The notes under the pieces are model-generated. The model made no database searches, was not told the origin of the DNA, and was given only the letters and a program-made list of their open reading frames with translations. The translations under genes and the position numbers were made by a program. Below, in pieces: positions 29,211 through 41,604 of a stretch of 64,000 bases of DNA (its first letter is position 1; each line of letters opens with the position of its first letter). This DNA is from Kudoa neothunni (Eukaryota; Animalia; Cnidaria), in assembly GCA_964304625.1 (NCBI GenBank), contig OZ199838.1, positions 6,309,531-6,373,530 on the forward strand, in the 5' to 3' direction.

Positions 29211-30753
29211 GGCCTTTACCACCAAGTAAGTCAATAGAACCTTTAACAGTGGATTAACTCCGGTTGACTTAGACTATTTATTTATTCTCCGGATGCAATC
29301 GACAATTTACCATCAATCAATATTGATGTTTAAATAATCCTTGAAGTTCTCGGATGTAACTCTGAGCATCATATTTTAGGGTTAATTAATTTGTAAATAG
29401 AATATTTAGGTCAACTTCAACATTAATCTCTATCATTAATCTACTAGCTTACTAAGATAAGATAATAGGATTAAAATTCAATAAATGTGATTTGTAAATA
29501 TATTGAAGATGTAACCGAAAACTTGAAAGAAAACGTACCTAATGCACACAATTTAATTTCTACAAAATATTTCCCCCAGACACATTTTCTAAGGAAATCA
29601 CTAGCTAATCGGTACATGAACAGTTCCATATATTAATCTTTTGATTAGTTTACAGTGCCGAATTGGGATCGATTACCCAAGGTGAAAAGCCTCCACATAA
29701 ATTTTGAATTCACAAATAATAGCTTGTTTGTTGGTTTAGAACGTAAATTTCCCTAAAAGTTGTACGATATCTATCTAAGTGCTTCTCGATTCATTTTAGC
29801 TCCCCTAGCACCTACTATTTGAGGCCAACCTCGCACCTTTTTCAAATAAGGAATTATAAAACGGATTTCGTTTTAGGCGGGAGGCACGGTGCTGTAGGAA
29901 TTGGACATTGACACTGTAAAGTTAAAGATGTAAATAATTTTTATGCGACATTAGTTTTGATTATATTTAATTATTACTGGCCCCTAAGAGCAAAGAGACG
30001 TTCAGAAATAATTAAATATAGGTTTTTAAAAAATTAAATCTGTGTACCGCTTGTGAGTAAAAGTTGCTGGAATTTTAAAAATTTCATTGCGCTTACGTAC
30101 ATACCAGTTAGGACATGGGTCACCATAGTTTTTGACCGCTCGGTGACAAGTGGCCGAGAGTGCGCAGAAGTAATAATAAAAACAAGTTTCACAACAAAAT
30201 AACATTATTATTTGAAAATTATTAAAATTTTTAATTAGATTTTTTAGATATTTATCTTGTATAAAACTTAGAATAGTATTGCCATAGTTTTGCGGTATTA
30301 ATTTGATATTTTCTTTTTGAAAGAGTATTCACTGGAATTGCGAGCGTTTCGTTGATAAAAATATTCTAAATTGCATTTAGTAGACCCTGCTTGTTGAATA
30401 TTATACAGTTACTACGTACTTTTTAATTATATCGTTAATAATAGCCTGATTTAATATCATAAAACATAACAGCGTGATTATGGTCTCACTTTTCTCGAAA
30501 AAAGAGACATTCGGCAATAAATAAGTGATAAGACGTCCTTTACAAGCACGTTTTTCACATCTACTATATTGATTTGAATTAGATTCGTGATCATTTACAT
30601 AAAAAACTAGATATTATTTTAGAATAAAAAGTAATCACAAGCTTGATATGAAATATAACAAGCCAAAAACCCCCAAAAAGGTTTATATACTATCGTGGCG
30701 CATGCGCGAAGTAGGCGCGAGTTGTGGTCGTGTCGTTTTTGAGTTTTCGAAAC

Positions 30754-33700
30754 TGTAACGGATGACACGCGTCAACCTGATTTAGATTAGTGATATCTAA
30801 GTAGATTACTTTTCGAGTATATTTTATCATGGCTTCTCCTATCGACAGCGCAACTAACTCCACCGTTACATCTGGTGACAGGGGTGTTGACTCTGTTAAG
30901 CCACCGCCACTCAAGAAATTTACCGGCGCCGCCGATAACTTCGCCAAGTTCCACCGCTCTTTTATGCTCCTTGCACTAGCTAGCAACTGGAATGACCTGG
31001 ACAAAGCTAGGAATTTTCCCTTGTACCTCGGAGATACCATCCTCGATTTGATCGAGACCAACGGTATAAATATGTACCGACCAACGAGGGATACATTCAA
31101 CCTTATGGTGGAACTGTTAAATAATACATATCGCCCTATCACTTCTTCCGCATTGTCCCTTCAATCGTTCTACAGTTCGACGTGGGACAATGTCACCCCC
31201 TTTGCTGAATTCTGCTTCGGAGTGAACAATTTGCTTCGCAAGGCCCTACCCTCTATCGACGAAGACACCGCTAGAACTCTAGTTATGGACCAATGCACGA
31301 AGTCGTTGCCTGAGTACATCAAACGTATTATCGTTGCTTCGAAACCCCAAGCACTTCCTGAGCTGATCCAATCGGTTGAGGAACAGCTAAATATTCCAAA
31401 TCACACTGCAGCAGCCTCGTACGGCGAGAGGAAATCCAAATACAAGAAACGATCTTGCAAAAAATGTGGCTCAAATAATCACTCAACCAAAGAGTGCAAA
31501 GGTTTTGCAATATGTAAAACCTGCCACAAGAGGGGACACCTCTCATATATATGCAATAGCAAACATACAAATAACATTAACTGTATCAATTTTAATGAAT
31601 CTGTTTCGGATGAGGCCAATTATTCGTGTTTTGTTTCTTCAGCGCAGTTTGACTTGTCTAAAAATTTTACAATACCAATTGAAATCGGAACTAGAGTTGC
31701 AACTGCTCTGATTGACACTGGATCTTCCATATCAATTATAAGACACGGCTTCGATGTGGAAATGCACCCTGACAAAATTAGTCTTACATCCGCAGGCGGG
31801 AAGCAAATGGAACCCATTGGTACTAGCATCGTCGAATTCTCTCTAAATGGAAAGGTCTTCAAATGGAAACCCAACACAAAAAAATGCATTTATAAGGTAA
31901 CGTCAATCAAATATCTCGGCTTCGTAATCTCAAAAGATGGAATCACACCTGATCCTGATAGAATCAAATCAGTAGCTGACATACCCATTCCCAATACACC
32001 CAAACGCCTCCAATCATTCATTGGCTTCGCAAACTATTACCGCGACCTAATTCCAAACTTTGCTAGCATAGCACAGCCCCTCTACAATGCCATTTCTACA
32101 AAACCCTTTGAATTATCCACCGAAGCTATTAATCGAATAAGTAACATCAAACATTTGTTAACATCCTCGCCACTACTCAGTCTTCCTAACCTGAATAAAA
32201 ATTTCACAATTTCCACCGACGCTTCAGACACAGCCATCGCATCAGTACTCTATCAGGAAGTGAATGGCAAGAAACATGTCATACGTTATGCCAGCCGTAT
32301 CCTCAATAAATCCGAAATTAATTATTCCACCTTCGAAAAAGAAGCACTAGCGCTAGTACATGCACTCAAAACATTTCACCAATATGTCTACGGCAAAAGA
32401 ACCAAAGTATGGACGGATCACAACCCCCTAACTCACCTGAAAACCATCAAAGACTCTCACGGTAGAATATCCCGTTGGCTGCTATTTCTCCAGAACTACG
32501 ACCTAGAAATAGTCTACAAACGTGGCCCTGATAATGTAGACGCCGACTTTTTATCGAGAACACCGTGCGAATCAAATGCTATATCAGTCCATTTCCTATC
32601 CCTACCAGTAGACAAGTGGATATCGGCCCAAAAAGAGGACATAACTATATCGAGCATCGCAAAATCCATTGAACAAAATAAATACAAAGGTAAGAGAGTT
32701 TACCGATTCAAAGATGGCCTCTTGGTGAGGACTCTGAAAGCCGAAAATAGAGAAATCAATCAACTTTTCATCCCACTTCAAATGCGCGCTAAAATCTTGG
32801 ACAGATTTCATGATCAATCTGGCCATCCCGGGTTCTTCAAAACATTTTCGATGCTACGAGACAACGCATTTTGGCCCGGCTACGAAATCGAAACCCGAAA
32901 TTATGTGCGTTCTTGTAAAACTTGCCAATTGAATCCATGGTCTTCCGAAAAATCCAACTTAATCCCACTAAAAGCTACCTTCCCTTTTCAATTAATGGAA
33001 TGGGATATCATTGGACCTTTCAATCGCACCGATAATCTTAATAGATATATACTCTGCTGTGTGGATCTTTTCACCAAATTCGCCATAGCCATTCCACTAG
33101 CTGATTTAAGAGCAGAGACAATTTGTGACAAACTCATCCAGGAAATATTATGCAAATTCGGTAAGCCTAGACGTATACACAGCGACAATGGTAGGAACTT
33201 CGTTTCAAATATTATCGTACAAATCTGCCGTGATCTCAACATCGAGCTATCCCATACTACACCATACCATCCTCAGGGCAATGGCGCCGTGGAGCGTTTC
33301 AACCGAACTCTTAAGCATATGCTACTGAAGCTCGACGAACCCAATTTATGGGACATCCATCTCCAAATGTTAGTGAACCATTATAATAATCATACCAATG
33401 AATCAACTGGTTTTTCTCCCTTTCAACTTATCTACGGTAAAAAACCCAACTTTGCTCTCACACCCATTCTGCCCAATGATAACATGAACAATTCTCCTAC
33501 CACTCTGTCATACCTAAAAAATCTCAAACGTGAACTTTCACGCACACATGCAATTGCACTTAAAAGCCTAACCAATTCATCATCCAAAAACTCAAGAAAC
33601 TACAACAATGCAAGTCCTCCTAAACCCATCCAAGTCCAATCTAGTGTTGTTTACAAAAACCCAGCTACCAATAAGTGGTCAGGACCTTACGTAGTCCTTA

Positions 33701-33923
33701 AAAGACATGGACCCTCCACTTATACAATTAGTATTGACAATCTCCCAACTACTGTCCACAGAAACAACATCAAATCATATATGTCCCGATCTTCCCAAGG
33801 GGGGAATGTAACGGATGACACGCGTCAACCGGATTTAGATTAGTGATATCTAGGTAGATTACTTTTCGAGTATATTTTATCATGGCTTCTCCTATCGACA
33901 GCGCAACTAACTCCACCGTTACA
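30754..33923 (+). mobile_element. Ty3/Gypsy LTR retrotransposon with internal in-frame deletion of RT
   Basis: 117-bp TG..CA LTRs (30754-30870, 33807-33923; 2 mismatches). 5-bp TSD GAAAC (30749-30753, 33924-33928). PBS TGGTGACAGGGGTG at 30873, PPT AAGGGGGGAA at 33797-33806. Confidence 0.96.
30829..33843 (+). CDS. Gag-pol polyprotein: Gag with 2 CCHC knuckles, truncated protease, RT C-terminus only, RNase H, integrase
   Basis: CKKCGSNNHSTKEC and CKTCHKRGHLSYIC; LIDTGS; KKC..IKYLGFVI; TDASD..EKEALA..TDH; H-H-C-C and WDIIG / SDNG / ERFN integrase. No YxDD motif anywhere in the 1004 aa. Confidence 0.93.
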   Translation: MASPIDSATNSTVTSGDRGVDSVKPPPLKKFTGAADNFAKFHRSFMLLALASNWNDLDKARNFPLYLGDTILDLIETNGINMYRPTRDTFNLMVELLNNTYRPITSSALSLQSFYSSTWDNVTPFAEFCFGVNNLLRKALPSIDEDTARTLVMDQCTKSLPEYIKRIIVASKPQALPELIQSVEEQLNIPNHTAAASYGERKSKYKKRSCKKCGSNNHSTKECKGFAICKTCHKRGHLSYICNSKHTNNINCINFNESVSDEANYSCFVSSAQFDLSKNFTIPIEIGTRVATALIDTGSSISIIRHGFDVEMHPDKISLTSAGGKQMEPIGTSIVEFSLNGKVFKWKPNTKKCIYKVTSIKYLGFVISKDGITPDPDRIKSVADIPIPNTPKRLQSFIGFANYYRDLIPNFASIAQPLYNAISTKPFELSTEAINRISNIKHLLTSSPLLSLPNLNKNFTISTDASDTAIASVLYQEVNGKKHVIRYASRILNKSEINYSTFEKEALALVHALKTFHQYVYGKRTKVWTDHNPLTHLKTIKDSHGRISRWLLFLQNYDLEIVYKRGPDNVDADFLSRTPCESNAISVHFLSLPVDKWISAQKEDITISSIAKSIEQNKYKGKRVYRFKDGLLVRTLKAENREINQLFIPLQMRAKILDRFHDQSGHPGFFKTFSMLRDNAFWPGYEIETRNYVRSCKTCQLNPWSSEKSNLIPLKATFPFQLMEWDIIGPFNRTDNLNRYILCCVDLFTKFAIAIPLADLRAETICDKLIQEILCKFGKPRRIHSDNGRNFVSNIIVQICRDLNIELSHTTPYHPQGNGAVERFNRTLKHMLLKLDEPNLWDIHLQMLVNHYNNHTNESTGFSPFQLIYGKKPNFALTPILPNDNMNNSPTTLSYLKNLKRELSRTHAIALKSLTNSSSKNSRNYNNASPPKPIQVQSSVVYKNPATNKWSGPYVVLKRHGPSTYTISIDNLPTTVHRNNIKSYMSRSSQGGNVTDDTRQPDLD

Positions 33924-33965
33924 GAAACTTTGAAGGCTGGTTTTAAAATTGTTGTTGGCTATTCT

Positions 33966-36073
33966 GGTTAAAGTTCACTTTAGCCCCATACCTTTCGGTA
34001 ATAATCGGAACCCGAAAAAACTTCGGATTGGGTATTATTCGCGTCAGCGATGAAGCCTTTATTTCCACGATGATTGCATTTGTTGATGGCTTATGGCCTC
34101 ACAGTTCCATATCTTAATTATATGCATTCATCTACTAATTATATTAACGAGAACTATAAATATTTTGGGTTTTGTAAATTGCGCATGCTCCAAAAAATTT
34201 TAATATTAAAACACATGTACGTAAAATGTTGGCTTAAAATTATAAAAGTAATTAATTATTACAATAAAGTTGAAAAACATAGATTAGTTACACTTTAATA
34301 ATTAAATATTACAGGTTAATTTTTATTTAAATTAGATTGTAAACGAAATCATGTGACATTATTCAGTGGATGACACTTAATAATGTCTGGAGCTAGAATT
34401 TTGAATAATTGATTTCATAAGTTGCCTTTCTTATATAATAACTTTTTCAAGCAAAAAATTATTTTGCCAAAATATATTTTTTATATTAGACTAGTAGGTT
34501 AGAGGAATCGTGAAATAATTAATCGATGATGAATATGCTTACTTAAAGACTTAAAAACCGTATATTTGCTGTCTATTACAGACGTAAATCTAAACCTTTC
34601 TCAGTTAAATTATTATTTGATCCAACTTAATTAAACGCTTTAAGTTTCAAACAAGCTAAAATCGGACAATTGGAATATGCTAACTTTTAATATTATATCT
34701 TTAGTTAAGTTTTGAAATGGTTTTTTAACTTAATCATAAAATATTTAAAAATATCAAAATTCAGTTAATATGATAATTAATACTATTAAGATCACCTAAC
34801 GTTGCGTCTTTTATAGAGCTAAATATTCTCGCAACATCACGAAAATTTATGAGAAGACAATAATTATTAATTAAAATTATATATGCTTTTAATTTGTCTA
34901 ATTAATTTAGTTAAGAGTTTGTCTTTGCTGACTCTTCGAAAGCACCATTCAGATATATATGAAGAAATCATATCTTTTTTTTTGTTGGTGAAACTTCTAT
35001 ACCTCCGTTTGAAGACACTCCATATACCTTCAATCCGGTTAGTGTGTACACCTGTTGAGGAGACAAATTCTTTGTCATGAATAACGATCTCATGAAGATA
35101 CCCAAGTTCGTTTAATCGTGCGTAACCACGCCATCCATCGGAATGAATTATGGACCATCCTTCAACATGGTTAGTGATGATGTTTTCTAATGTAGCAGCA
35201 TCCCTTTTTTCAGTCTCCACCACAAAAACATTCCCATTTTCATCAATGCCACCTACAATCCAGATACTCTGGTTTCGTAGAATTCTGCCGACGCCGAATT
35301 TCCTTTCACAAATGAGGCTCTCATCGATCTGGACTTTAATTCCAGGACCTCCAATTTTGATCGGGTTTTCCAAAAAATAAGAAAGGCACACGTCTCTTAG
35401 AAAATTTTTCCAATCGACCACTGTATTGGCAGACCCAATGTCACATTCTCTCATTAGAAATTCTTGGGTCGTTACACCTCTACTCCACAAATATATAAAT
35501 TTTATGAGGGAATATAAAGAGAGGTGCGAATTCGATAAAAATGGCTCAGTTCTTAATGAGGATTCTCGGTGGCAATTTTTTCTCTTGCAACGGAAGCTAT
35601 ATCCATCGACAGAGGACTTCCTTAGATATAATTTCATAATATCTCCACAAGAACAAATTTTGATTTTGGGTAAAAGTCCAAGTCCTTGTAGAAATAATAC
35701 TAACTCCTGTAGATTATTTTTAAAATAAACAATATCGACGAATTTGAGGTTATCAATATTATATTCCATAATCTTAGTTTGGTTGATAAAAATAGCGCTT
35801 GTGCGTGTAAAAATTTATAATTAAGTTATCCCATCAAATAAATAATTAAAATGGTTAGAATTATATTCATTAAATAATTAGTTATTATATACTTGGCCCA
35901 AACTCACAAGAACGTATTAATTAGGGATAACCTCATTTCATCGAAAGTTAACGAGTGTTTCGCGGGATTACACGTAATTAATCTATAACTCGGCTGGTTA
36001 CATCGTACAACGATACCCGGATTTCGGGTTCCGATTATTACCGAAAGGTATGGGGCTAAAGTGAACTTTAACC
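33966..36073 (-). mobile_element. Merlin (IS1016/IS1595-like) DNA transposon, apparently intact
   Basis: Perfect 52-bp TIRs GGTTAAAGTTCACTTTAGCCCC...CCCGAAA (33966-34017, 36022-36073) enclose an uninterrupted transposase. Confidence 0.94.
34867..35769 (-). CDS. Merlin DDE transposase, 300 aa
   Basis: N-terminal C-x-C...C-x4-C zinc ribbon. Catalytic VQIDES, IHSDGW and TNRIEG all intact. Confidence 0.93.
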   Translation of the reverse strand: MEYNIDNLKFVDIVYFKNNLQELVLFLQGLGLLPKIKICSCGDIMKLYLRKSSVDGYSFRCKRKNCHRESSLRTEPFLSNSHLSLYSLIKFIYLWSRGVTTQEFLMRECDIGSANTVVDWKNFLRDVCLSYFLENPIKIGGPGIKVQIDESLICERKFGVGRILRNQSIWIVGGIDENGNVFVVETEKRDAATLENIITNHVEGWSIIHSDGWRGYARLNELGYLHEIVIHDKEFVSSTGVHTNRIEGIWSVFKRRYRSFTNKKKDMISSYISEWCFRRVSKDKLLTKLIRQIKSIYNFN

Positions 36074-36876
36074 GCTTCGATTTTATTTGTATGTACACCA
36101 GTACCAGAAAAAAACGAATACATGTGACAGACTGTATTGTAAACAAATCCTAAATCGTTCAGACGATTATAACCCCTCCATTTATCTGCCCAGATAAAAA
36201 AATTCTCTTCAACATTATCAAGACTAATTTTTTAAAGCACATCATTGCTTCTCCTCTTCGCCAATCCAAAAAAACATTCAGCTTCCTCATCTATACCACC
36301 AAAAATCCAGTATTGCTGGGCTTTTAGCAGTCTACCAGCATTATATTTTCTTTTAGTTACTACAGTTTCATCGATCTGGACAACGACATTTGTACTGCCA
36401 TTTTTTTTCGTTCATCCGTAATCTTCAATGTAACAATACTTCTAAACAATTCAGACCAATCATTTATTGTTTTTGAAGACAGAATTCCAACGTACTTTTG
36501 TATTTCTTCGTAGGTAACCTTGTTAAATTGAATTTTTACTAGGAAAGATGCAAATAGTTTCCATAGCGGCAGTTTGGAATGCTGAAATATTGGTCAAACT
36601 CGTAGACTTTGCTTTTGTCAACAATCAGGACATCGGAAGAAAAGCAGATCTTGGCAATTTTTAATTGATACGAGATTCACCATCGTCCCGCAAATACACT
36701 TTTTCTCTAATGAAATCAGGCCAAGATTCTGAAATGTTTTGATAATATATATTATATCTACCCGGAAAAATGCACAATCCATCATATCGACGGAAGCAAT
36801 ATTTTGCAAATCAAAATTTTCCCTAAAGTTTTCCATTTTCCGAGGGCGCGGTGAAAGTTTCCGACTGCCGCCCCCT
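36074..36876 (-). pseudogene. Older Merlin transposase remnant, truncated at the younger Merlin's TIR
   Basis: VVVQIDETVVTKRKYNAGR..WIFGGIDE and IWADKWRGYNRLNDLGF..GVHTNKIEA ending exactly at 36074. Frameshifts upstream. Confidence 0.85.
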
Positions 36877-37646
36877 TTTATATAAATCACCTTGTTTTTC
36901 CCCCAAAAAACAGTTATAAAAATAACATAAATATAAAAAATTTATAACTTTTGTTTCGATATAAAACTTGAAACTGATTTCGGTCCGATAAGAAGTTATC
37001 TAAGTTTGGTACAACATGTAATTCTAATCATAAGCAATGCATAAGATGTTCACCTGACAACTCATTTCATTGAAGGGATCTAGTTTGTTTTTCAGTTGTG
37101 AGGCCCGATTAAGGCTATGAATGACCCGTCGCCTATTGTATAGTTTAAAAAATCACAATATTGATAATATTTTTCATCACAATTAAGAATTATGATTTTT
37201 TCAAACATTAAATTTATAGTTTAATAATTTAATCATATTCAAGTTGTGTAGCTCCAAAAAAGGAGATTCATTTACCGAATTTTTAATTTTTTATTATTTA
37301 TTAACTACTATTTGAACACAGGTGCATAATTTTGTAAAATATATATGACGCTAACGAACATTTGAGAAACGGTGATCATTGCTTCGTCATTTTGAATTTA
37401 TAGTATCAGTCCGATTAATTTAACTTATCAATTTAATCAATTAAGAATTTTAAAGTAATAGAGACAGGAATCGATTGAACCTTGAAGCGTGAATCTTATC
37501 GATTGTTATATTTTACATTCAGGATGTTGCTATATTAGCGTGTTGATTGACTCTTATTTGAATTAAAAAATAAACACCTCACAAGGAACTAAATGAAGTG
37601 TTCAATTCAACGTTCATTTAGTGAGTTAATGTACTGATAGCTTTTA

Positions 37647-40600
37647 GGCACTGGCTATTCTTACGACAACGAATATCTTTTTTCTTACTAAAGATATTTT
37701 AAATATGAATTTAAAAACATTTTACTACATTTTTTTCCCACAAAAATTCAAGTTTTTATAAATTATTATTGCAATAAAACTAATACATATATTTTGGCCT
37801 TATTTCGCCATTACAAGCACTAAAAATGATTAAAGCCAGATCTTCATTAACATTTACGACATTTTAAAGCATTTTTGAATCGAAAAATCATGAAAATTGT
37901 GCTAATGTAACTTCATTTGCATTGGAGACCATTAGCCCACGTGTCAACGTTACGGTCTGGTACAAATTAATTGTTTGAAATGGTATCATTTTATAAGATA
38001 TTTACAGAAAAATACAACTAATATTAATCAAATTTATAATTTTTTTAAGCCAAATAGACGGAACTCAAAATATCATGTCATCACTTCATAATTCAAGTTA
38101 TTTAACATTAAAATATAAATCGAAAAACATAATTAGCAACCAATATTTGGGAAATGTCATAATTAATTAACTTTTATTATCAACTATCTATTGAAATTTT
38201 ATTTATGTTTTTTCTTCGGAAGTCCAATAGTAGTTAATCTGCTACCCCCGGGATTTCCGACAGACTCGACTTTGGAAGGAATGGGTATATCTAAAAATTT
38301 TTTATAATTAATAAAAAATTAGTTACTTTTATATGTATCATTAATTTTTTCCTGATTCATACTTTTACTAGCAAAGCTTTCAGCTAAATACATTACCATC
38401 ACTAAGTACTACGGTTAGTTTACCGTATTTTTCTTCAGTATATTCATCATCTAAGTTTAAATTATATTAATAAAATATTTTCATTTACGAAATACTTGTG
38501 TAAGACAATTCACTTTCAGGATTGGAGGATATGATTTCAATGAAAGCGTTATCTTCTCTCAAATTTATTTTCACTAATATACTTTACACATTTGCAACAA
38601 ATAGTAAATAACTTAGTTCATTTATAGTAGACATCATTTTCGTATCATGATTTTTAATCACACATTCAAGTCTTCTAAAAACTTCAATGGAAGTTTGAAA
38701 ATAATCTCCGCAAAACTCTGCAGATGTAGTCGCCAACTTTTTTGTAAGCACTGAAGACAGTCTTAATCTTTGAGAAAAGGTTTGGATAGTGTCTTTAGGT
38801 TTGATTTTTACAACTCCCTCATCATGAAAATCTTTACAATTGTTAACATTTAGAACATTTAAGAAATTATTCGCATGCTCCCTAGCCCAACGAGAATGGC
38901 ACAATGATCCATCAAACAAGTTGATTAAGTTGAGTGCACGTTTTTGTAGAATATGACGACAAGGAAGCTTGAATGCTTTATGCATTGAACAATTACAGGA
39001 GTTATAACTGGAATTTTCTTCTAAAGTGGCGTCCTTTATTTTTGATAATTCTTCCTGGATCATACTTGAAGAATAGGGCGTAAGATAATTATGATATTTT
39101 TTGAAAGTCTCATTATCGTTGGAAGAATCGTATGGTTTTGTTAGTTCCATAGCAATGGTGCTTTGCCGCTCAATCCTTTGCGATTTCAAAAATCGGAAGA
39201 AATTGTCGAAAAAATCACTCAAAGTTGAAAACTTTTTCACTACAGTTTTTAGTTTTGCATTAATGGATTCAATTCTGTTATTCGTTGTATTATTATAGTA
39301 ATGCTCAGCCATACTTAATCCAATTATCCATTCCTGGTAAATGGGTAGCCAATTCTTTTTGAAATAATCATTAAGTTCCTCAACTCCGAGGTCAAAAAGT
39401 TCACAACATAGGCGGTCAAAATTTTCCATGTTCTTGACATAAGTAATTTTTTCTAATATTTGAAGAATAAGTGTTTTTGTTTCAGTTGTTATACCATACT
39501 TTCCGACTTTTATTTCCCGCTGGAACGCTTGTAATACATGGAATTTACATAGTATCAACTTTGTGGAAGGAAATACGAAACTTAAACATTTTCGTAACAA
39601 ATGGTCTTTGTCAGTTATTATTGACATCGTTTTGGATTGTAACCACGGTGCAGCATCTAACAATTCGTTCAGAAATCATGTTATGGCTTCTGCTGTCTCC
39701 TCATGTAAAATACAGGCACTAATGATATGGGTTAAACCAAAAGAGTCTTGAGATGCAGTTAAATAAAGAGGAGCTCTACAAGTACAATCATCATTTGTTA
39801 TAAAATAGGGTTTTCGTACCTTGAATCCAACAGCTTATAAGTGGCATCTATGAATAATAGCTCAGGAAAACATTCAAGAACATGGAGCATTCCGTTATCC
39901 ACGAAGAAAATTCCATTGACAGAATTTTAACTCTGCAATTATAATCATTTTTCAATATTGTAATAACGGAATCAATATTTTTCGGTTCGAAGGTAGAAAC
40001 AGTCTTTACATTATGGATAGATTTTAATGTAATTTTCTTTCCGGTTTCTTCGCTTAATTTACATTGAATTAACCTTTTATTTGCTCCTAATGATATTAAC
40101 TCCGATATTATTGGATCATCAAGGTTAAATTTTCTTTGTGGAGGAAGGTTTTCGAATATTCTTTGATCGCAGGAATGGTTATGGATTAAATTTAGCGATT
40201 TCACCTCCAAAAAGTTACCGTCCACAGTGCTCCGGAGCGAGATACTAAATGGGCATTTCTTCTTAAATGATAATTTGTTTCTATCTCCACTGTTTTTGCG
40301 TTTGTAAGGAACACCGAAGAAACACATGTAATTAATGTCATAATAAACCAACTGAGAATTTATGGATCTGTTTACTCTTCGTTGTGCATTTGAAATTTTT
40401 CTCGAATGTCTAATTTTTAAGACAATAATATTAATAAAATTTATTTAATGTAATTATTATGAAATATAATTAAACTCAATATCTTTCCAGATACTTAACC
40501 TGAAAAATATATATCATTTTGAACGAAATAATAGGCAGTTATGTCGCTATACTCACCAAGATACATGAAGTATGTTTTAAACAAATAGAACAAATTAGAT

Positions 40601-40996
40601 TATTAATTTTAAAAATAAGCTTTTAAAATTGCATTTTGGATCTAAATGCAATTAAAATGTGATGTAGTTCGTGACGCAATAATCGAATGAGGTCTTAACA
40701 TTGACACGTGGGCTAATGGCGTCCATTGCAAATGAAGTTACATTAACACAATTTTCATGATTTTTCGATCCAAAAATACTTTAAAATGTCGTAAATATTA
40801 ATGAAGATCTGGTTTTGGTTTTAATCATTTTTAGTACTTGTAATGGCGAAATATATGTATTAGTTTTATCGAAATAATAATTTATAAAAACCTAAATTTT
40901 TGTAGGGAAAAAATGTAATAAAATGTTTTTAAATTCATATTTAAAATATCTTTAGTAAGAAAAAAGATATTCGTTGTCGTAAGAATAGCCAGTGCC
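37647..40996 (-). mobile_element. Mutator-like element (MULE) with frameshifted ZSWIM3-like transposase
   Basis: Perfect 9-bp TSD TAGCTTTTA (37638-37646, 40997-41005). ~305-bp TIRs starting GGCACTGGC. Motifs CPF..HNH, DATYKL, ITDKD, LCKFHVLQAF, TNNRIESIN and SWIM CNC..LPCRH. Confidence 0.94.
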
Positions 40997-41604
40997 TAGC
41001 TTTTAAGCGAAACGATTTAGTTAAACGCACGCATGCGCGATTGAATCTTAAGGGGGATACGGCGACCCGTACTTTGGTGAACCCTGTACTAGATACTAGA
41101 TGATTAACATTTGAGCCCAGATGAGTTTTATTCTTTCAAAACTATGGAAAAATAATTCCTACTGCAAAATATGAGATTGTTTTTATATTCATGTACAATT
41201 CCCACACTTTTATCATAAATACAAAGCTAATAGCATAATTAAGGGTTTTTATTAATAAAATTAAATAGAATATTTTATTTCCCGCCTATTTAGGATTGAA
41301 AATATTACGATAGATAATCCGATCGAATTTTAGAAAATTTTATTATTAGCTCATTTCATCAAAGTAGTTGCAATGAGAAGCTACAAGATTATTATTAAAT
41401 AAATAAAAATAAACTTGGAACACAGAAAGAAATAACATATCGATTTATTCTAACTATTTTAAAAGGTTAAATTTTACCGCTTCATTGAAAAGATTATATT
41501 TAGGAGGTTGTAAAATAGGCAAATAAAAACTGACAACAAACAGAAAACAAATAATCAAAACTAGATAGGTTGCACATGTTTTTTTTATTAATCGAATAAG
41601 TTTT

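Noticed and set aside
30690-35728. Antisense and alternate-frame ORFs over the Gypsy and Merlin coding regions (and over FoxJ1 and UNC-45)
   Set aside because: Shadow ORFs of the real coding frames with no recognisable motifs.
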